Shown here piece after piece: positions 18,283 to 27,722 of a stretch of DNA of 64,000 nucleotides (position 1 is its first letter; each line of letters begins with the position of its first letter). The stretch covers positions 352,001-416,000 of the forward strand of contig CBDBLV010000004.1 of the NCBI GenBank assembly GCA_965207225.1, read 5' to 3'. The notes beneath the pieces are model-generated. The model was not told the origin of the DNA and searched no databases. It saw only the letters and a list, made by a program, of their open reading frames with translations. Made by a program: the position numbers and the translations under genes. This stretch comes from Dehalococcoidia bacterium. GTDB lineage: Bacteria > Chloroflexota > Dehalococcoidia > Plut-88900.

Positions 18283-20679
18283 TTAGGTTGGGGTGCGGGC
18301 GCGGGCGCCGCCGAGTCGGGCCTGCACCCGACGCCAGACCATCCTGAATTCACCCTTCTCCCACATGACGAGCACCTGCGGGCCGATCAGCATGGAGCTG
18401 TAGGTACCGGCGAGGACACCTATAAGCAGCACCAGTATGAAGGGCAGGAGGGTCCCGCCGCCGAACAGGACTAGGGCGAGCAGAGTAAACAGTGTTGTGA
18501 GGCTGGTGTTGACTGAGCGGCCCATGGTCTCAAGCAGGCTGTTGTTAACCGTGACCTCGAAGGGGTCGCCGGTGCGCCTTAGCATGTTCTCCCTGATGCG
18601 GTCGAAGACGACGATGGTGTTGTTAATGCTGTAGCCGATGACGGCAAGGATAGCCGTGATGACCATGGTGTTGAGCTCGACGCCAAAGACCTTGCCGAGC
18701 AGGGAGAAGAGGCCGAGGACGATCAGAACGTCATGGGCGAGGGCAAAGACGGCCGCGGCGCTGTAGCGGAAGAAATGGGGCATCTTGCGGAAAGCCCACG
18801 CTATGTACAGGAATATACCGATGATGGCGAAGAACACGGCCAGAGCGGCGTTGCGCACCATTTCGGCGGCGACGATGGGAGAAACGAAGTCCACCTCGAA
18901 GCGGTCTATGCTGGTGGGGCCGAAACGTTGGGCGAAGGCCTGCTGAATGAGCTGGCTATCGGAAGGCCCGACATTGCCATCCTGGTCAATCTCGCCCTGG
19001 CCTAGGGTCTCGGTGCGGATGAGGAAGGCGTTGGTCTCCAGGGCCTGGACGATGGCGTCGCCGTGGCCCAGTTCCTCCAACTCTTGCCGCACAGCTGTTA
19101 CCGTTACTTCTCCACCTGTGAGCCGGTCGCGGTCGGCGGGGTTGATGAAGCGGACCTCGATGGTGGAGCCGCTGGAGAACTCGATGCCGGTGTTGAAAGC
19201 CGGGGGGAATATGAGAGACACGATACCCGGAAGTATCACGGCACCGGAGATTGCAAAGTACCAGAACCTCCTGTTGACGACGTTGATGCGGCGGCCGGGG
19301 GTGGGGTCCTGGGGGGTGTCGGCCAGGGTCTTGGGCACGCCGAATACTCCGGGCTTCTCCTGGGCCCAGGAGCCGACGAAGAATCTCAGGAAGCTGCGGG
19401 TGACGAACATGGCGGAGAACATGCTGGTGACGATGCCAATGGCGAGGGTGATGGCGAATCCGGTGACCAGGGGGGTGCCCAGCTTGTCGCCGAACCACCA
19501 GAGAATGGCGCAGGTTATGAGGGTGGATACGTTGCTGTCGCGGATGGCCACCCAGGCCCGGTTGAATCCGGCTTCGATAGCGACGCGGAGGCTACGGCCG
19601 GCGCGGAGCTCCTCTTTCAGACGTTCGAAGATGAGGACATTCGCGTCGACGGCCATGCCGATGGACAGGATGAACCCGGCGATGCCGGAGAGGGTAAGGG
19701 TGACGGGGAGCAGCTTGAAGGTGGACAGGACCACGAGGCCGTAGACGATGAGGGCGCCGGCGGAAAGGACGCCCGGGAGCCTGTAGTAGACCATCAGGAA
19801 ACCCAGGACAAGGAGCAATCCCACTATGCCCGCCACCATGCTCTTGTTGACCGACTCGGCGCCGAGGGTGGCATCGACGTCCTGCTCTCGGATGAGCTGG
19901 ATAGGAATCGGCAAGGCACCGGCGTTGAGCTGGATGGCGAGGTCATCAGCCTGTTCGATGCTAAGACCGGTGATTACACCGTTTCTGGATATGACCGCCT
20001 GGACCACGGGGTCGGAAATCAAAAGGCCGTCCAGGTGGATTCCCAGGGGCTGGTTGAGGAGCCTGCTGGTGATGTTTTCGAACATCCTGGCGCCTTCGCT
20101 GTTGAACTCGAAGGCGACCTGGGGAAGGTTGGTTGCAGGGTCTAGCACGACCTGGGAATTCGGCAGCATGTATTCGCCTGTGAGGGGGACCAGCTGGCCG
20201 GTATCGTTTGGAGCTAGGACGGGGTCCCAGATGATGCTGCCGGTCTGGGGGTCGGTGACGAAGGTGCCATCTTCCTGTCGCCGCTGCTCTCGGAAGTCGA
20301 GCTGGGCGGTGCGGCCGATAAGGCTCTTGGCCCGCTCCACGTCCCGGATACCGGGGATCTGTACCATGATCCGGTCGTCGCCAACTCTTTGGACTATGGG
20401 CTCGGAGACTCCGAAGGCGTCGACGCGGTTGCGGATGATGCTGATAACGCCCTCGACCTGGGAGTCGGTGACGGCTTCACCTTCGGGGGGTTGGGCCTCA
20501 TAGACGAGGTGGGTGCCGCCCCGGATGTCGAGTCCCTGTCGGAAGCCGACCCTGTCGATGCCGGGCGTCTTGTCGGGGAGCAGGACCACGAGACCGGCTA
20601 TGAATATGAGGCCGATCATGATCAGACAAAGGGTGTTCCCCTTCGGGATAAGCCTGTATAGCCTGAGTAGACCTAGCAA
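18283..20679 (-). CDS. secDF: Fused protein translocase SecD/SecF
   Basis: GLDIRGG, RVDAFGVSEP, GMAVDANVLIFER, GIEFSSG, GYSINNTIVVFDRIRE. Confidence 0.93.
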   Translation of the reverse strand: MLGLLRLYRLIPKGNTLCLIMIGLIFIAGLVVLLPDKTPGIDRVGFRQGLDIRGGTHLVYEAQPPEGEAVTDSQVEGVISIIRNRVDAFGVSEPIVQRVGDDRIMVQIPGIRDVERAKSLIGRTAQLDFREQRRQEDGTFVTDPQTGSIIWDPVLAPNDTGQLVPLTGEYMLPNSQVVLDPATNLPQVAFEFNSEGARMFENITSRLLNQPLGIHLDGLLISDPVVQAVISRNGVITGLSIEQADDLAIQLNAGALPIPIQLIREQDVDATLGAESVNKSMVAGIVGLLLVLGFLMVYYRLPGVLSAGALIVYGLVVLSTFKLLPVTLTLSGIAGFILSIGMAVDANVLIFERLKEELRAGRSLRVAIEAGFNRAWVAIRDSNVSTLITCAILWWFGDKLGTPLVTGFAITLAIGIVTSMFSAMFVTRSFLRFFVGSWAQEKPGVFGVPKTLADTPQDPTPGRRINVVNRRFWYFAISGAVILPGIVSLIFPPAFNTGIEFSSGSTIEVRFINPADRDRLTGGEVTVTAVRQELEELGHGDAIVQALETNAFLIRTETLGQGEIDQDGNVGPSDSQLIQQAFAQRFGPTSIDRFEVDFVSPIVAAEMVRNAALAVFFAIIGIFLYIAWAFRKMPHFFRYSAAAVFALAHDVLIVLGLFSLLGKVFGVELNTMVITAILAVIGYSINNTIVVFDRIRENMLRRTGDPFEVTVNNSLLETMGRSVNTSLTTLFTLLALVLFGGGTLLPFILVLLIGVLAGTYSSMLIGPQVLVMWEKGEFRMVWRRVQARLGGARARTPT

Positions 20680-20800
20680 CTAAAGTGACCGCCGGACCAT
20701 GAGTGGTAGTCTGTCATGTGTATTGTACGCCGCGCTTGGCGGAAATCTGTTAGTGAATGTTAGCACAATGGGCTGGGAGATGGCGTGGGACCCGGACCCG

Positions 20801-21292
20801 CTATCCTTCTTCCTCTTCCTCCGCCGGGGTGTATTTGTGGAGCTTGTCCATGCTCTCCAGCAAGTCGGTGTAGAGGGAGCCCTGGATGTGCCCGACCTCA
20901 TGCTCGAGGGCCTGGGCGAGGAGTTCGGTGGCCTTGATGCGCACTTCCTTGCCGGCCAGGTCCAGCCCTTTGGCGACTACGGTCTCGGCGCGCTTGATTT
21001 CGCCGCGGTAGCCGGGGATGCTGAGGCAGCCTTCGTTGACTTCCCGTTCGCCGGTCTTCTTGACTATTTCCGGGTTGATAAGGGTGATGATTTCCTCGTC
21101 GGGTATGCCTATTACTATGACACGCAGGGAAACCCCTACCTGAGGCGCCGCGATGCCGACGCCGTCGTAGGCGTGCATGCTCTCGACCATGTCCTTGGCG
21201 AGCTTCTTGATGTAGGAGTCGATGGCCCGGACGCGCTTGGCTTTCAGGCGCAGTATGGGGTCGGGGGTGACTTTAAGAGGAAGTACGGCCAA
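20801..21292 (-). CDS. def: Peptide deformylase
   Basis: [18 protein letters not shown]. Confidence 0.93.
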   Translation of the reverse strand: MAVLPLKVTPDPILRLKAKRVRAIDSYIKKLAKDMVESMHAYDGVGIAAPQVGVSLRVIVIGIPDEEIITLINPEIVKKTGEREVNEGCLSIPGYRGEIKRAETVVAKGLDLAGKEVRIKATELLAQALEHEVGHIQGSLYTDLLESMDKLHKYTPAEEEEEG

Positions 21293-21345
21293 GGGGCGCC
21301 TCTGGGGCGTGAAGGATGATCACGTATGATTCGGGCATCGGAACA

Positions 21346-21374
21346 ATTCTAAGAAAAGGGTTGATGCCTGTAAA
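21346..21374 (-). promoter_or_regulatory. Promoter of def
   Basis: TTTACA-17-TAGAAT. Confidence 0.55.
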
Positions 21375-21418
21375 GGTTAGGCGCTCGTCGGGGGGGCCGG
21401 TGAAGCATCGGGGGTTTA

Positions 21419-22028
21419 TTCAGTTGTGGGGTCTCGGTTTTCGTTTTGATTGTTCTGTCGGGTTTTGGGTCGGCGATGGAAGGTCCGGGACTCAGTTTCA
21501 GGGGGCGGGAGGCCAGCCTGGTTCAGCCCCGTGTTCCTGTGTCACATGGCAGACAAACGAGGGGTTCTCGCCTGAGGGCGTCTCTACCACCAGTTTCTCA
21601 GTTTTCCCGACCCACTCGGAGGGGTGGGTGGGTGTTTTCTCGCTGCCGTCGCTGGGTTTATGGGAATCTCCGAGGGGAACGACGGGGGAGATTTTTCCAA
21701 GGGCGTAATTGCCCGAGGTTTTTCGGCAGGGCTCCTAAGTGAGGAGCGTGCCGCTTAATGTTGTGGACCTTCCATCGCCTGGATGGATGGGGAAGGGGCA
21801 CGGGACCCTTGGGTTGAGGAGATGGCGCCCCCGACTTCTCGGGGGCAGGCTTTTCGCTTGTGCCACAACCTGCCGTCCTCGCAAGGGGGGGCGATTGGCC
21901 GGTCGCCTCCCTATGGGAGGGGAGAGGTCTTGGGATGGGCTAGGGCGTTGAGTCCTCTTGGGTCTCGGGGGCTTCCCTTAGGTTTTTGGTTCCTCCTTTG
22001 ATGATGTGACTTAGTGTTCGATCAGACG
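21419..22028 (-). ncRNA. Candidate large structured ncRNA, copy 1 (conserved 5' part, stem-enclosed 278-nt insert, conserved tail)
   Basis: Colinear similarity to 51837-52586; 15-bp IR 21472-21486/21765-21779; upstream promoter; no credible ORF. Confidence 0.5.
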
Positions 22029-22034
22029 CAGGGT

Positions 22035-22063
22035 ATGATAGTACCATCGGACAGCTGTGTCAA
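22035..22063 (-). promoter_or_regulatory. Sigma70 promoter of ncRNA copy 1
   Basis: TTGACA-17-TATCAT. Confidence 0.65.
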
Positions 22064-22080
22064 GAGCAAATGTGCGGCTT

Positions 22081-22251
22081 TTGGGGGAATATCCCCCAGC
22101 CCCCCAAGGGAACCCTCTCCCCCTTGGTCCCCCTCTCCCCCTCGAGGGACTCGGGGCAGGCTCTTAGGGCCTTTAAGGGAGAGGGGGAAAGAAGAACAGA
22201 GGCCCACGTGGGCGCGCTGCACCCACGTGGGCCTCTAGTTCAGTACTGGGG
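22081..22251. repeat. Multi-hairpin repeat module, copy 1
   Basis: Matches 52638-52785 and 52867-52982. Confidence 0.85.
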
Positions 22252-22307
22252 AGGAAGGGGATGGCTCGGTTTGGGGGACATGCAAGTCTTAGCGTGGGTG
22301 GCGGGCA

Positions 22308-22372
22308 GGGTACCCACGAGGGGCACCCCTACGGGGGAGGGGATGGATTCCGGCTCGGGGGCCGGAATGACG
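22308..22372. repeat. REP-like palindromes (…CCCCTAC type and GATTCC…GGAATGAC type)
   Basis: gggtacccacgaggggcacccctac; gatggattccggctcgggggccggaatgacg. Confidence 0.75.
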
Positions 22373-22381
22373 ATTGGAGGG

Positions 22382-24805
22382 TTAGAGGAGGGTTACGGGG
22401 TCTACTTCGACGGCCCAGCCGTCTCCGGGGCCAACTTTTTTGAGGAGCAGTCCGGGTTCGTTGCCGCGGATGAGGACCTGCCAGCGGTAGCGGCCCTTGA
22501 CCCTGGGGATGAAGCAGGGAACGGGGCCGAGAACTTCGGTCTGGGGAAGGCCGAGCCGGTCACATTCGTGGCGGAGGGCCAGGGCGACACGACTGGCCTC
22601 AGTCTCGGCTTTTTCGGCATTGACCTGGGAGTGGGTGAGCCTGGTGAGTCGGGCGAAGGGGGGGTAGCGGTTCTGGAGTCGGTAGTAGATTTCCTGGCGG
22701 GAAAATCGCTCGTAGTCGTGGGCAGCGACGGAGCGGATGGCGTAGTGCTCAGGGTTGAAGGTCTGTATGACGACGCGCCCGCCTCCCGGGCCCCGGCCCG
22801 CTCGACCGGCGACCTGGGTGAGAACCTGGAAGACGCGTTCGCCGGCACGGTAGTCGGGGAAGTTGATGCCGACGTCGGCGCTCATGACGCCCACGAGGGT
22901 GACCTGGGGGAGGTGGAGACCCTGGGCCACCATCTGGGTGCCGACGAGGATATCGATCTCGCCGGACTGGAGCTTGCGGAGGACCTCCTCGTGCTCGGCC
23001 TGGTCGGAGGCGGTGTCCCTGTCCCAGCGGAAGGTGCGGGCGCCGGGAAACCGGGAGCGCATTTCCTGCTCGATGCGCTGGGTGCCTGCTCCGATGTACC
23101 CGAGGTCGGGGCTGCCGCACTGGCGGCACATCTGGGGCCTGTTGATGCTGTAGCCGCAGTGATGGCACAGGAGCCGGCCCAGGGCGCCGTGATAGACCAG
23201 GGAGACCTCACAGCGTCGGCACTGTACTACGTTTCCGCAGTGGCGGCAGTGGACGGAGGTAGAGAAGCCCCGCCGGTTGATGAAGAGGATGATCTGTTCT
23301 CGGGCGTCGAGGGCCCTGGCCATCTCGGTGCGGAGGAGGCGGCTGAACATGTCGCGGTTGCCGCTGGTAAGCTCCTTCTTCATGTCGACCACGTCGACCC
23401 GGGCCAGGGCCGAGTCCTCAGTGCCCTGGCGGATGCGCCGGGGGAGCTCCAGGAACTCAAGCTCGCCGGTTGCGGCCCGGTAGGAAGTGGTCACGTCAGG
23501 GGTAGCACTCCCCAGAATAACCACCGCGCAGGTAAGCCGGGCCATTTCCAGAGCGGCCTCCCTGGCATGATAGCGGGGGGCGGGCTCCGACTGCTTGTAG
23601 GAGGCATCGTGCTCTTCATCGAGGACGATAAGGCCGAGGTCGGGCTGGGGGGAGAAGAGGGCGCTCCTAGGTCCGATGACGACGCCGAACTCGCCCTGGT
23701 GGATGCGCCACCATTCGTCGAACTTCTCGCCGGGCTTTAGTCGGCTGTGGAGGACGGCGACCTGGCCCGGGAACCGGGAGCTGAAGCGCTGCACGGTCTG
23801 GGGGGTGAGGGAGATCTCGGGGACGAGGACAATGCCACGCCGCCCGAGTTTCAGGGTGCGTTCCAAGGCACGGAGGTAGATTTCGGTTTTGCCACTCCCC
23901 GTGACTCCCCTGAGCAAGAACGCCTTACTTTCCCCACCCGACGCCACATCCTCCAAGGCTTTTTCGATGGGTTCCCAGGCATATTGCTGGTCTTCCGTGA
24001 GGTCGGGGGCGGAGATCTGTTTGTAGTGCCTGGAGGCGAGGGGGTCGCGGATGACACGAACCTTCTTGCTGGCGGCCACGCCTCTCGATACCAGGGCCTT
24101 GATGGCTGTAGGCGAAATGCGTCTTTCCCTCAACTCGGAAACGGAGATGCCCTGCGGTTGTTCGAAGAGGGCGTCGAGGAAGGCACGCTGGTTGACGGCG
24201 TTAGACTTCAGGTTGGCGAGAGATAGGGCGTGCTCGGGGTCGGGCTTTAGGTAGTACTGGGTCTCGTACTTGGCGGAGACGGCGGGGCGGGGAAGCTCCC
24301 ATTCGCGGGTCACGACTCCGATCCTGACCAGGGAGTCGAGCCTCTGCTGGGCCCTTCCTCCGAGCTCCTTCCTCAAGGCTGGGAGCTGCGAGCGGCCCAG
24401 CTCTTTCAGGGCATCCAGGGCTTGTTGTTGGGGGTCGTTCGGAGAGAAGGAGTCGGGCCAGGGGGCGAGGGAGTAGAAGGTGCGCACACGACGGCGCACG
24501 CCCTGGGGTAGCATCACGGAGGCGGCTTCGAAGAGGGAGCAAAGGTAGCGAAGGCTGGTCCATCGTGAGAGGGAGAGGTGGTGGGGTGAGAGGAGGGGTA
24601 CAGGGTCGACGAGGCCGACGACGTCCCGGGTCTCCTGGAAGGCAGGGGCCTCGGTGACTTCGAAGACAATGCCCTGAAGGGTACGACGCCCGAAGGGGAC
24701 CCAGACGCAGTGGCCGGGTTCCACTTTGAGGTTGCCAGGGATGGAATAGGTGAAGGTACGGCCCGGTTCCAGCGGGGCGTCGACGGCTATTTCAGCGAAT
24801 GGCAT
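22382..24805 (-). CDS. priA: Primosomal protein N'
   Basis: GVTGSGKTE, VPEISLTPQ, DEEHD, CxxC zinc motifs, QVAGRAGR. Confidence 0.95.
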   Translation of the reverse strand: MPFAEIAVDAPLEPGRTFTYSIPGNLKVEPGHCVWVPFGRRTLQGIVFEVTEAPAFQETRDVVGLVDPVPLLSPHHLSLSRWTSLRYLCSLFEAASVMLPQGVRRRVRTFYSLAPWPDSFSPNDPQQQALDALKELGRSQLPALRKELGGRAQQRLDSLVRIGVVTREWELPRPAVSAKYETQYYLKPDPEHALSLANLKSNAVNQRAFLDALFEQPQGISVSELRERRISPTAIKALVSRGVAASKKVRVIRDPLASRHYKQISAPDLTEDQQYAWEPIEKALEDVASGGESKAFLLRGVTGSGKTEIYLRALERTLKLGRRGIVLVPEISLTPQTVQRFSSRFPGQVAVLHSRLKPGEKFDEWWRIHQGEFGVVIGPRSALFSPQPDLGLIVLDEEHDASYKQSEPAPRYHAREAALEMARLTCAVVILGSATPDVTTSYRAATGELEFLELPRRIRQGTEDSALARVDVVDMKKELTSGNRDMFSRLLRTEMARALDAREQIILFINRRGFSTSVHCRHCGNVVQCRRCEVSLVYHGALGRLLCHHCGYSINRPQMCRQCGSPDLGYIGAGTQRIEQEMRSRFPGARTFRWDRDTASDQAEHEEVLRKLQSGEIDILVGTQMVAQGLHLPQVTLVGVMSADVGINFPDYRAGERVFQVLTQVAGRAGRGPGGGRVVIQTFNPEHYAIRSVAAHDYERFSRQEIYYRLQNRYPPFARLTRLTHSQVNAEKAETEASRVALALRHECDRLGLPQTEVLGPVPCFIPRVKGRYRWQVLIRGNEPGLLLKKVGPGDGWAVEVDPVTLL

Positions 24806-24875
24806 AGCCAACAGTCGCGGCCACAAATGCCGCCGTTCAGGGACGAATTAGAGGGCGCGGGGAGGGGTGTCGGGG

Positions 24876-25238
24876 CTAGGCGAGGCGCTTCTCTTTTATT
24901 CGAGCGGCTTTGCCGGAGCGCTCCCGCAGGTAGTAGAGTCGGGCCCGCCTTACTTTGCCCAGTCTCACGCGTTCCAGCTTCTGCAGCCGGGGGGAGTTGA
25001 AGAGGAAGGTCCTCTCGACGCCGACGGCGTGGGTCACCCTACGCACGGTGAAATTGGCGTCGATTCCGCCGTTGCGAATCTTGATGACCGTACCCTGGAA
25101 GACCTGGATACGCTCCCTTGTACCTTCGATGACCCTGTAGTGCACCTTCACGGTGTCGCCGGGGTGTATCTCGTCGAGGTCGGGGTTGGGTTCGGCCTTG
25201 ACGGCCAAGCTTTCGTCGATTCCTTTAAGACCGCTCAT
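24876..25238 (-). CDS. rplS: 50S ribosomal protein L19
   Basis: RIQVFQG, FTVRR...[18 protein letters not shown]. Confidence 0.97.
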   Translation of the reverse strand: MSGLKGIDESLAVKAEPNPDLDEIHPGDTVKVHYRVIEGTRERIQVFQGTVIKIRNGGIDANFTVRRVTHAVGVERTFLFNSPRLQKLERVRLGKVRRARLYYLRERSGKAARIKEKRLA

Positions 25239-25432
25239 GACAGATTGACCAATGCGGGGTCAGGCTAATCCGACTACCGCTCCTTGCTTCTGAATTAGTG
25301 CGTATACTCTAGCACAGTTTAACGCCAAGGTTGAAGGGTTAGCTTCGCGTGAACGCGAAGTGCGCCCCCTAAGCCTTTAGTTCTCCACTTCTGATTGCTA
25401 GAATAAGCCGACTACAGTCTTGGGGGCATTAC

Positions 25433-26545
25433 ATGGTGCAATCACTTGAGGGAATGGACTTAGATGAACGTGTGCGAGAAGTTTCAAGTCGCGCTCAAAA
25501 GCGGCTTGACAAGATTCAAACAGAGGAGTCCACAAAAAACGCCCTGGTTATGCCATTCATCAATCACGTACTCGGATATAACGTCTTTGACCCTTCGGAG
25601 GTAATGCCCGAATTTACGGCTGATGTCGGGACTAAGAAGGGTGAAAAGGTTGACTATGCAATTCTTCAAGATGACCAACCGGTAATCCTATTCGAGTGCA
25701 AGAAGTATGGGACCCAATTGGATAAGGATCATGCGTCACAGCTTTACAGGTACTTTACCGTCACTCAAGCCAGATTCGGGGTCCTTACTGACGGGATCAT
25801 TTACAGGTTCTATTCCGATTTAGAAGAACCAAACAAGATGGACGAAAGGCCATTCTTTGAGCTAAACCTCTTGGACTTTAATGATGCTGAAATCGAAGAG
25901 CTAAGAAGGTTTACAAAAGCCTCCTTTGACCTCGATCAAATATTAAGCAATGCAAAGGACCTTAAGTACACACGTGAGATCAAGAGGCTCCTGGCAAACG
26001 AGTGGGCAAGTCCGTCAGAAGAATTCGCCAGGTATTTCGCTGGTCAAATATATGACGGCCTAAAGACGAAAACTGTAATTGAACAGTTCCTTCGCTCCAC
26101 TAAGAAAGCGCTAAGTCAATTCCTAACGGATCGCGTAAATGACAGACTCAAGTCTGCTTTACAGGGCGGAACAGAAACTGAAGAAGAGGCAGAGCAACCG
26201 CCCGAGGATACTGAAGTAGAGGAGAGGAAAGCGGGCCCCTCGGGAATCGTTACAACTGAAGAAGAACTCCAAGGATTCTTCATCGTAAAGGCCATACTCA
26301 GTCAAGACATTCCAATAAGTCGTGTGGCTATGCGAGACACAAAATCCTATTGTGGTGTGCTCTTGGATGATACCAATAGGCGGCCTATCTGTAGACTTTA
26401 CTTCAACGGAGAGCAGAAATACTTGGGCCTATTTGATGAAAACAAGGATGTGGAGCGCGTAGCAATTGAGGCGCCTGACGATATATTCCAGTTTGCTGAT
26501 CAACTTCGTGAAACAGTTCGGCGTTACGACTCAGTTGCCGGATAG
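25433..26545 (+). CDS. Stand-alone HsdR N-terminal (type I restriction-like) nuclease domain protein
   Basis: TEESTKNALVMPF, KKGEKVDYAI, ECK, QLYRYF, LTDG; visibly lower GC. Confidence 0.8.
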   Translation: MVQSLEGMDLDERVREVSSRAQKRLDKIQTEESTKNALVMPFINHVLGYNVFDPSEVMPEFTADVGTKKGEKVDYAILQDDQPVILFECKKYGTQLDKDHASQLYRYFTVTQARFGVLTDGIIYRFYSDLEEPNKMDERPFFELNLLDFNDAEIEELRRFTKASFDLDQILSNAKDLKYTREIKRLLANEWASPSEEFARYFAGQIYDGLKTKTVIEQFLRSTKKALSQFLTDRVNDRLKSALQGGTETEEEAEQPPEDTEVEERKAGPSGIVTTEEELQGFFIVKAILSQDIPISRVAMRDTKSYCGVLLDDTNRRPICRLYFNGEQKYLGLFDENKDVERVAIEAPDDIFQFADQLRETVRRYDSVAG

Positions 26546-26605
26546 TCGTCACAAATCGCTAGACTCCACATTCTTGACTAAGTAAGGCCAAGAAAGACGT
26601 TCTCC

Positions 26606-27568
26606 ATGCTCAATAGACCCACCTTCGCCGATATTCTTTCGGCGAGACAAGTTATCCGTCCCCATGTTACCCGGACTCCCCTTCGGCATTACCCGTCGCT
26701 ATCCGCCGCGGTGGGCGCTGAAGTCTACCTGAAGCACGAGAATTACCAGGTGACGGGGGCGTTCAAGGTGAGGGGTGGGATAAACCTGGTGTCGCGGCTG
26801 TCGGAGGAGGAGAGGGAGCGGGGGATAATCTCGGCGTCTACGGGGAATCACGGTCAGTCGATTGCGTACGCGGGTCGGCTGTTCGGTGTGAGGGCGATAA
26901 TCGTGGTTCCTGAGGGTGCGAACCCGGGCAAGGTGGAGGCGATGCAGGATTTGGGCGCGGAGGTGGTGTTCCACGGGGCGGACTTCGACGAGTCCCGGGA
27001 GCATGTTGAACGTCTCTGTGCGGAGTTCGGGTACCGGTACGTCCACAGCGGGAATGAGCCTGACCTGGTGGCGGGGGTCGGGACATACGGGCTGGAGATC
27101 ATGGAAGACCTGCCCGATGTTGACACAATACTCGTGCCGATAGGCGGGGGGAGCGGAGCGTGCGGTACGGCCATAGCGGCGAAGGCGATCAATCCGGGGG
27201 TGGAGGTGATTGGGGTCGGGGCGGCGAAGGCACCGGCGGCGTATCTTTCGTGGAAGAGCGGGGATATGGTGGAGGCGGCGATGGAGACGGAGGCCGAGGG
27301 GCTCGCGACCCGGACGGCTTTCGAGTTTCCCCAGGCCATCCTGCGGGACATGCTGGACGACTTCCTGCAGGTGAGCGAGGAAGAGATAAAGTCGGCGATA
27401 GTGATGCTGCTGGAGAAGGCACGCACCCTGGCCGAGGGGGCGGGCGCGGCGTCGCTGGCGGGGGCGGTGCAGATCAAGGACCGGTTACAGGGCAAGAAGG
27501 TGGCAGTGGTGGTGAGCGGGGGGAACCTGGCGATGCGGCAGCTGCGGGGGGTGGTGGCCGAGGGGTAA
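26606..27568 (+). CDS. PLP-dependent threonine/serine dehydratase family protein
   Basis: KHEN...GAFKVRGG, STGNHG, PIGGGSG, SGGN; no ACT domain. Confidence 0.9.
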   Translation: MLNRPTFADILSARQVIRPHVTRTPLRHYPSLSAAVGAEVYLKHENYQVTGAFKVRGGINLVSRLSEEERERGIISASTGNHGQSIAYAGRLFGVRAIIVVPEGANPGKVEAMQDLGAEVVFHGADFDESREHVERLCAEFGYRYVHSGNEPDLVAGVGTYGLEIMEDLPDVDTILVPIGGGSGACGTAIAAKAINPGVEVIGVGAAKAPAAYLSWKSGDMVEAAMETEAEGLATRTAFEFPQAILRDMLDDFLQVSEEEIKSAIVMLLEKARTLAEGAGAASLAGAVQIKDRLQGKKVAVVVSGGNLAMRQLRGVVAEG

Positions 27569-27630
27569 CGCACAGTACTGGTACACTTCGGATGGCCAAA
27601 AGCCGCATCATCCATGCCCAAAAGCCCCGC

Positions 27631-27661
27631 CCCAGATTCCTCGCGGGGCATCGGAATGACA
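27631..27661. repeat. REP-like palindrome
   Basis: cccagattcctcgcggggcatcggaatgaca, one mismatch to 53000-53030. Confidence 0.8.
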
Positions 27662-27722
27662 GTTATACAAGGCGCTCTTGATGGAAAGGAGGCCTTCTTA
27701 GGCTAGTTTTGGGCTTTCCCAG

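Noticed and set aside
20801-21292. Inactive deformylase because of HEVGH instead of HExDH
   Set aside because: Both His, the Glu and the EGCLS Cys are intact
21487-21764. Inserts as tmRNA, RNase P, SRP, group II intron or glycine riboswitch
   Set aside because: Hallmark motifs not found by eye in either insert; Rfam search still needed
22008-22019. Possible LexA box (GACT-N4-GTTC) near ncRNA promoter 1
   Set aside because: Two mismatches to GAAC-N4-GTTC and not conserved in copy 2
21316-22443. Short ORFs within the def-priA and lgt-xerD intergenic regions
   Set aside because: Translations of repeats; frames not conserved between copies; no RBS or motifs
22070-23740. 556-aa plus-strand ORF
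   Set aside because: Antisense shadow of priA in GC-rich DNA; no motifs
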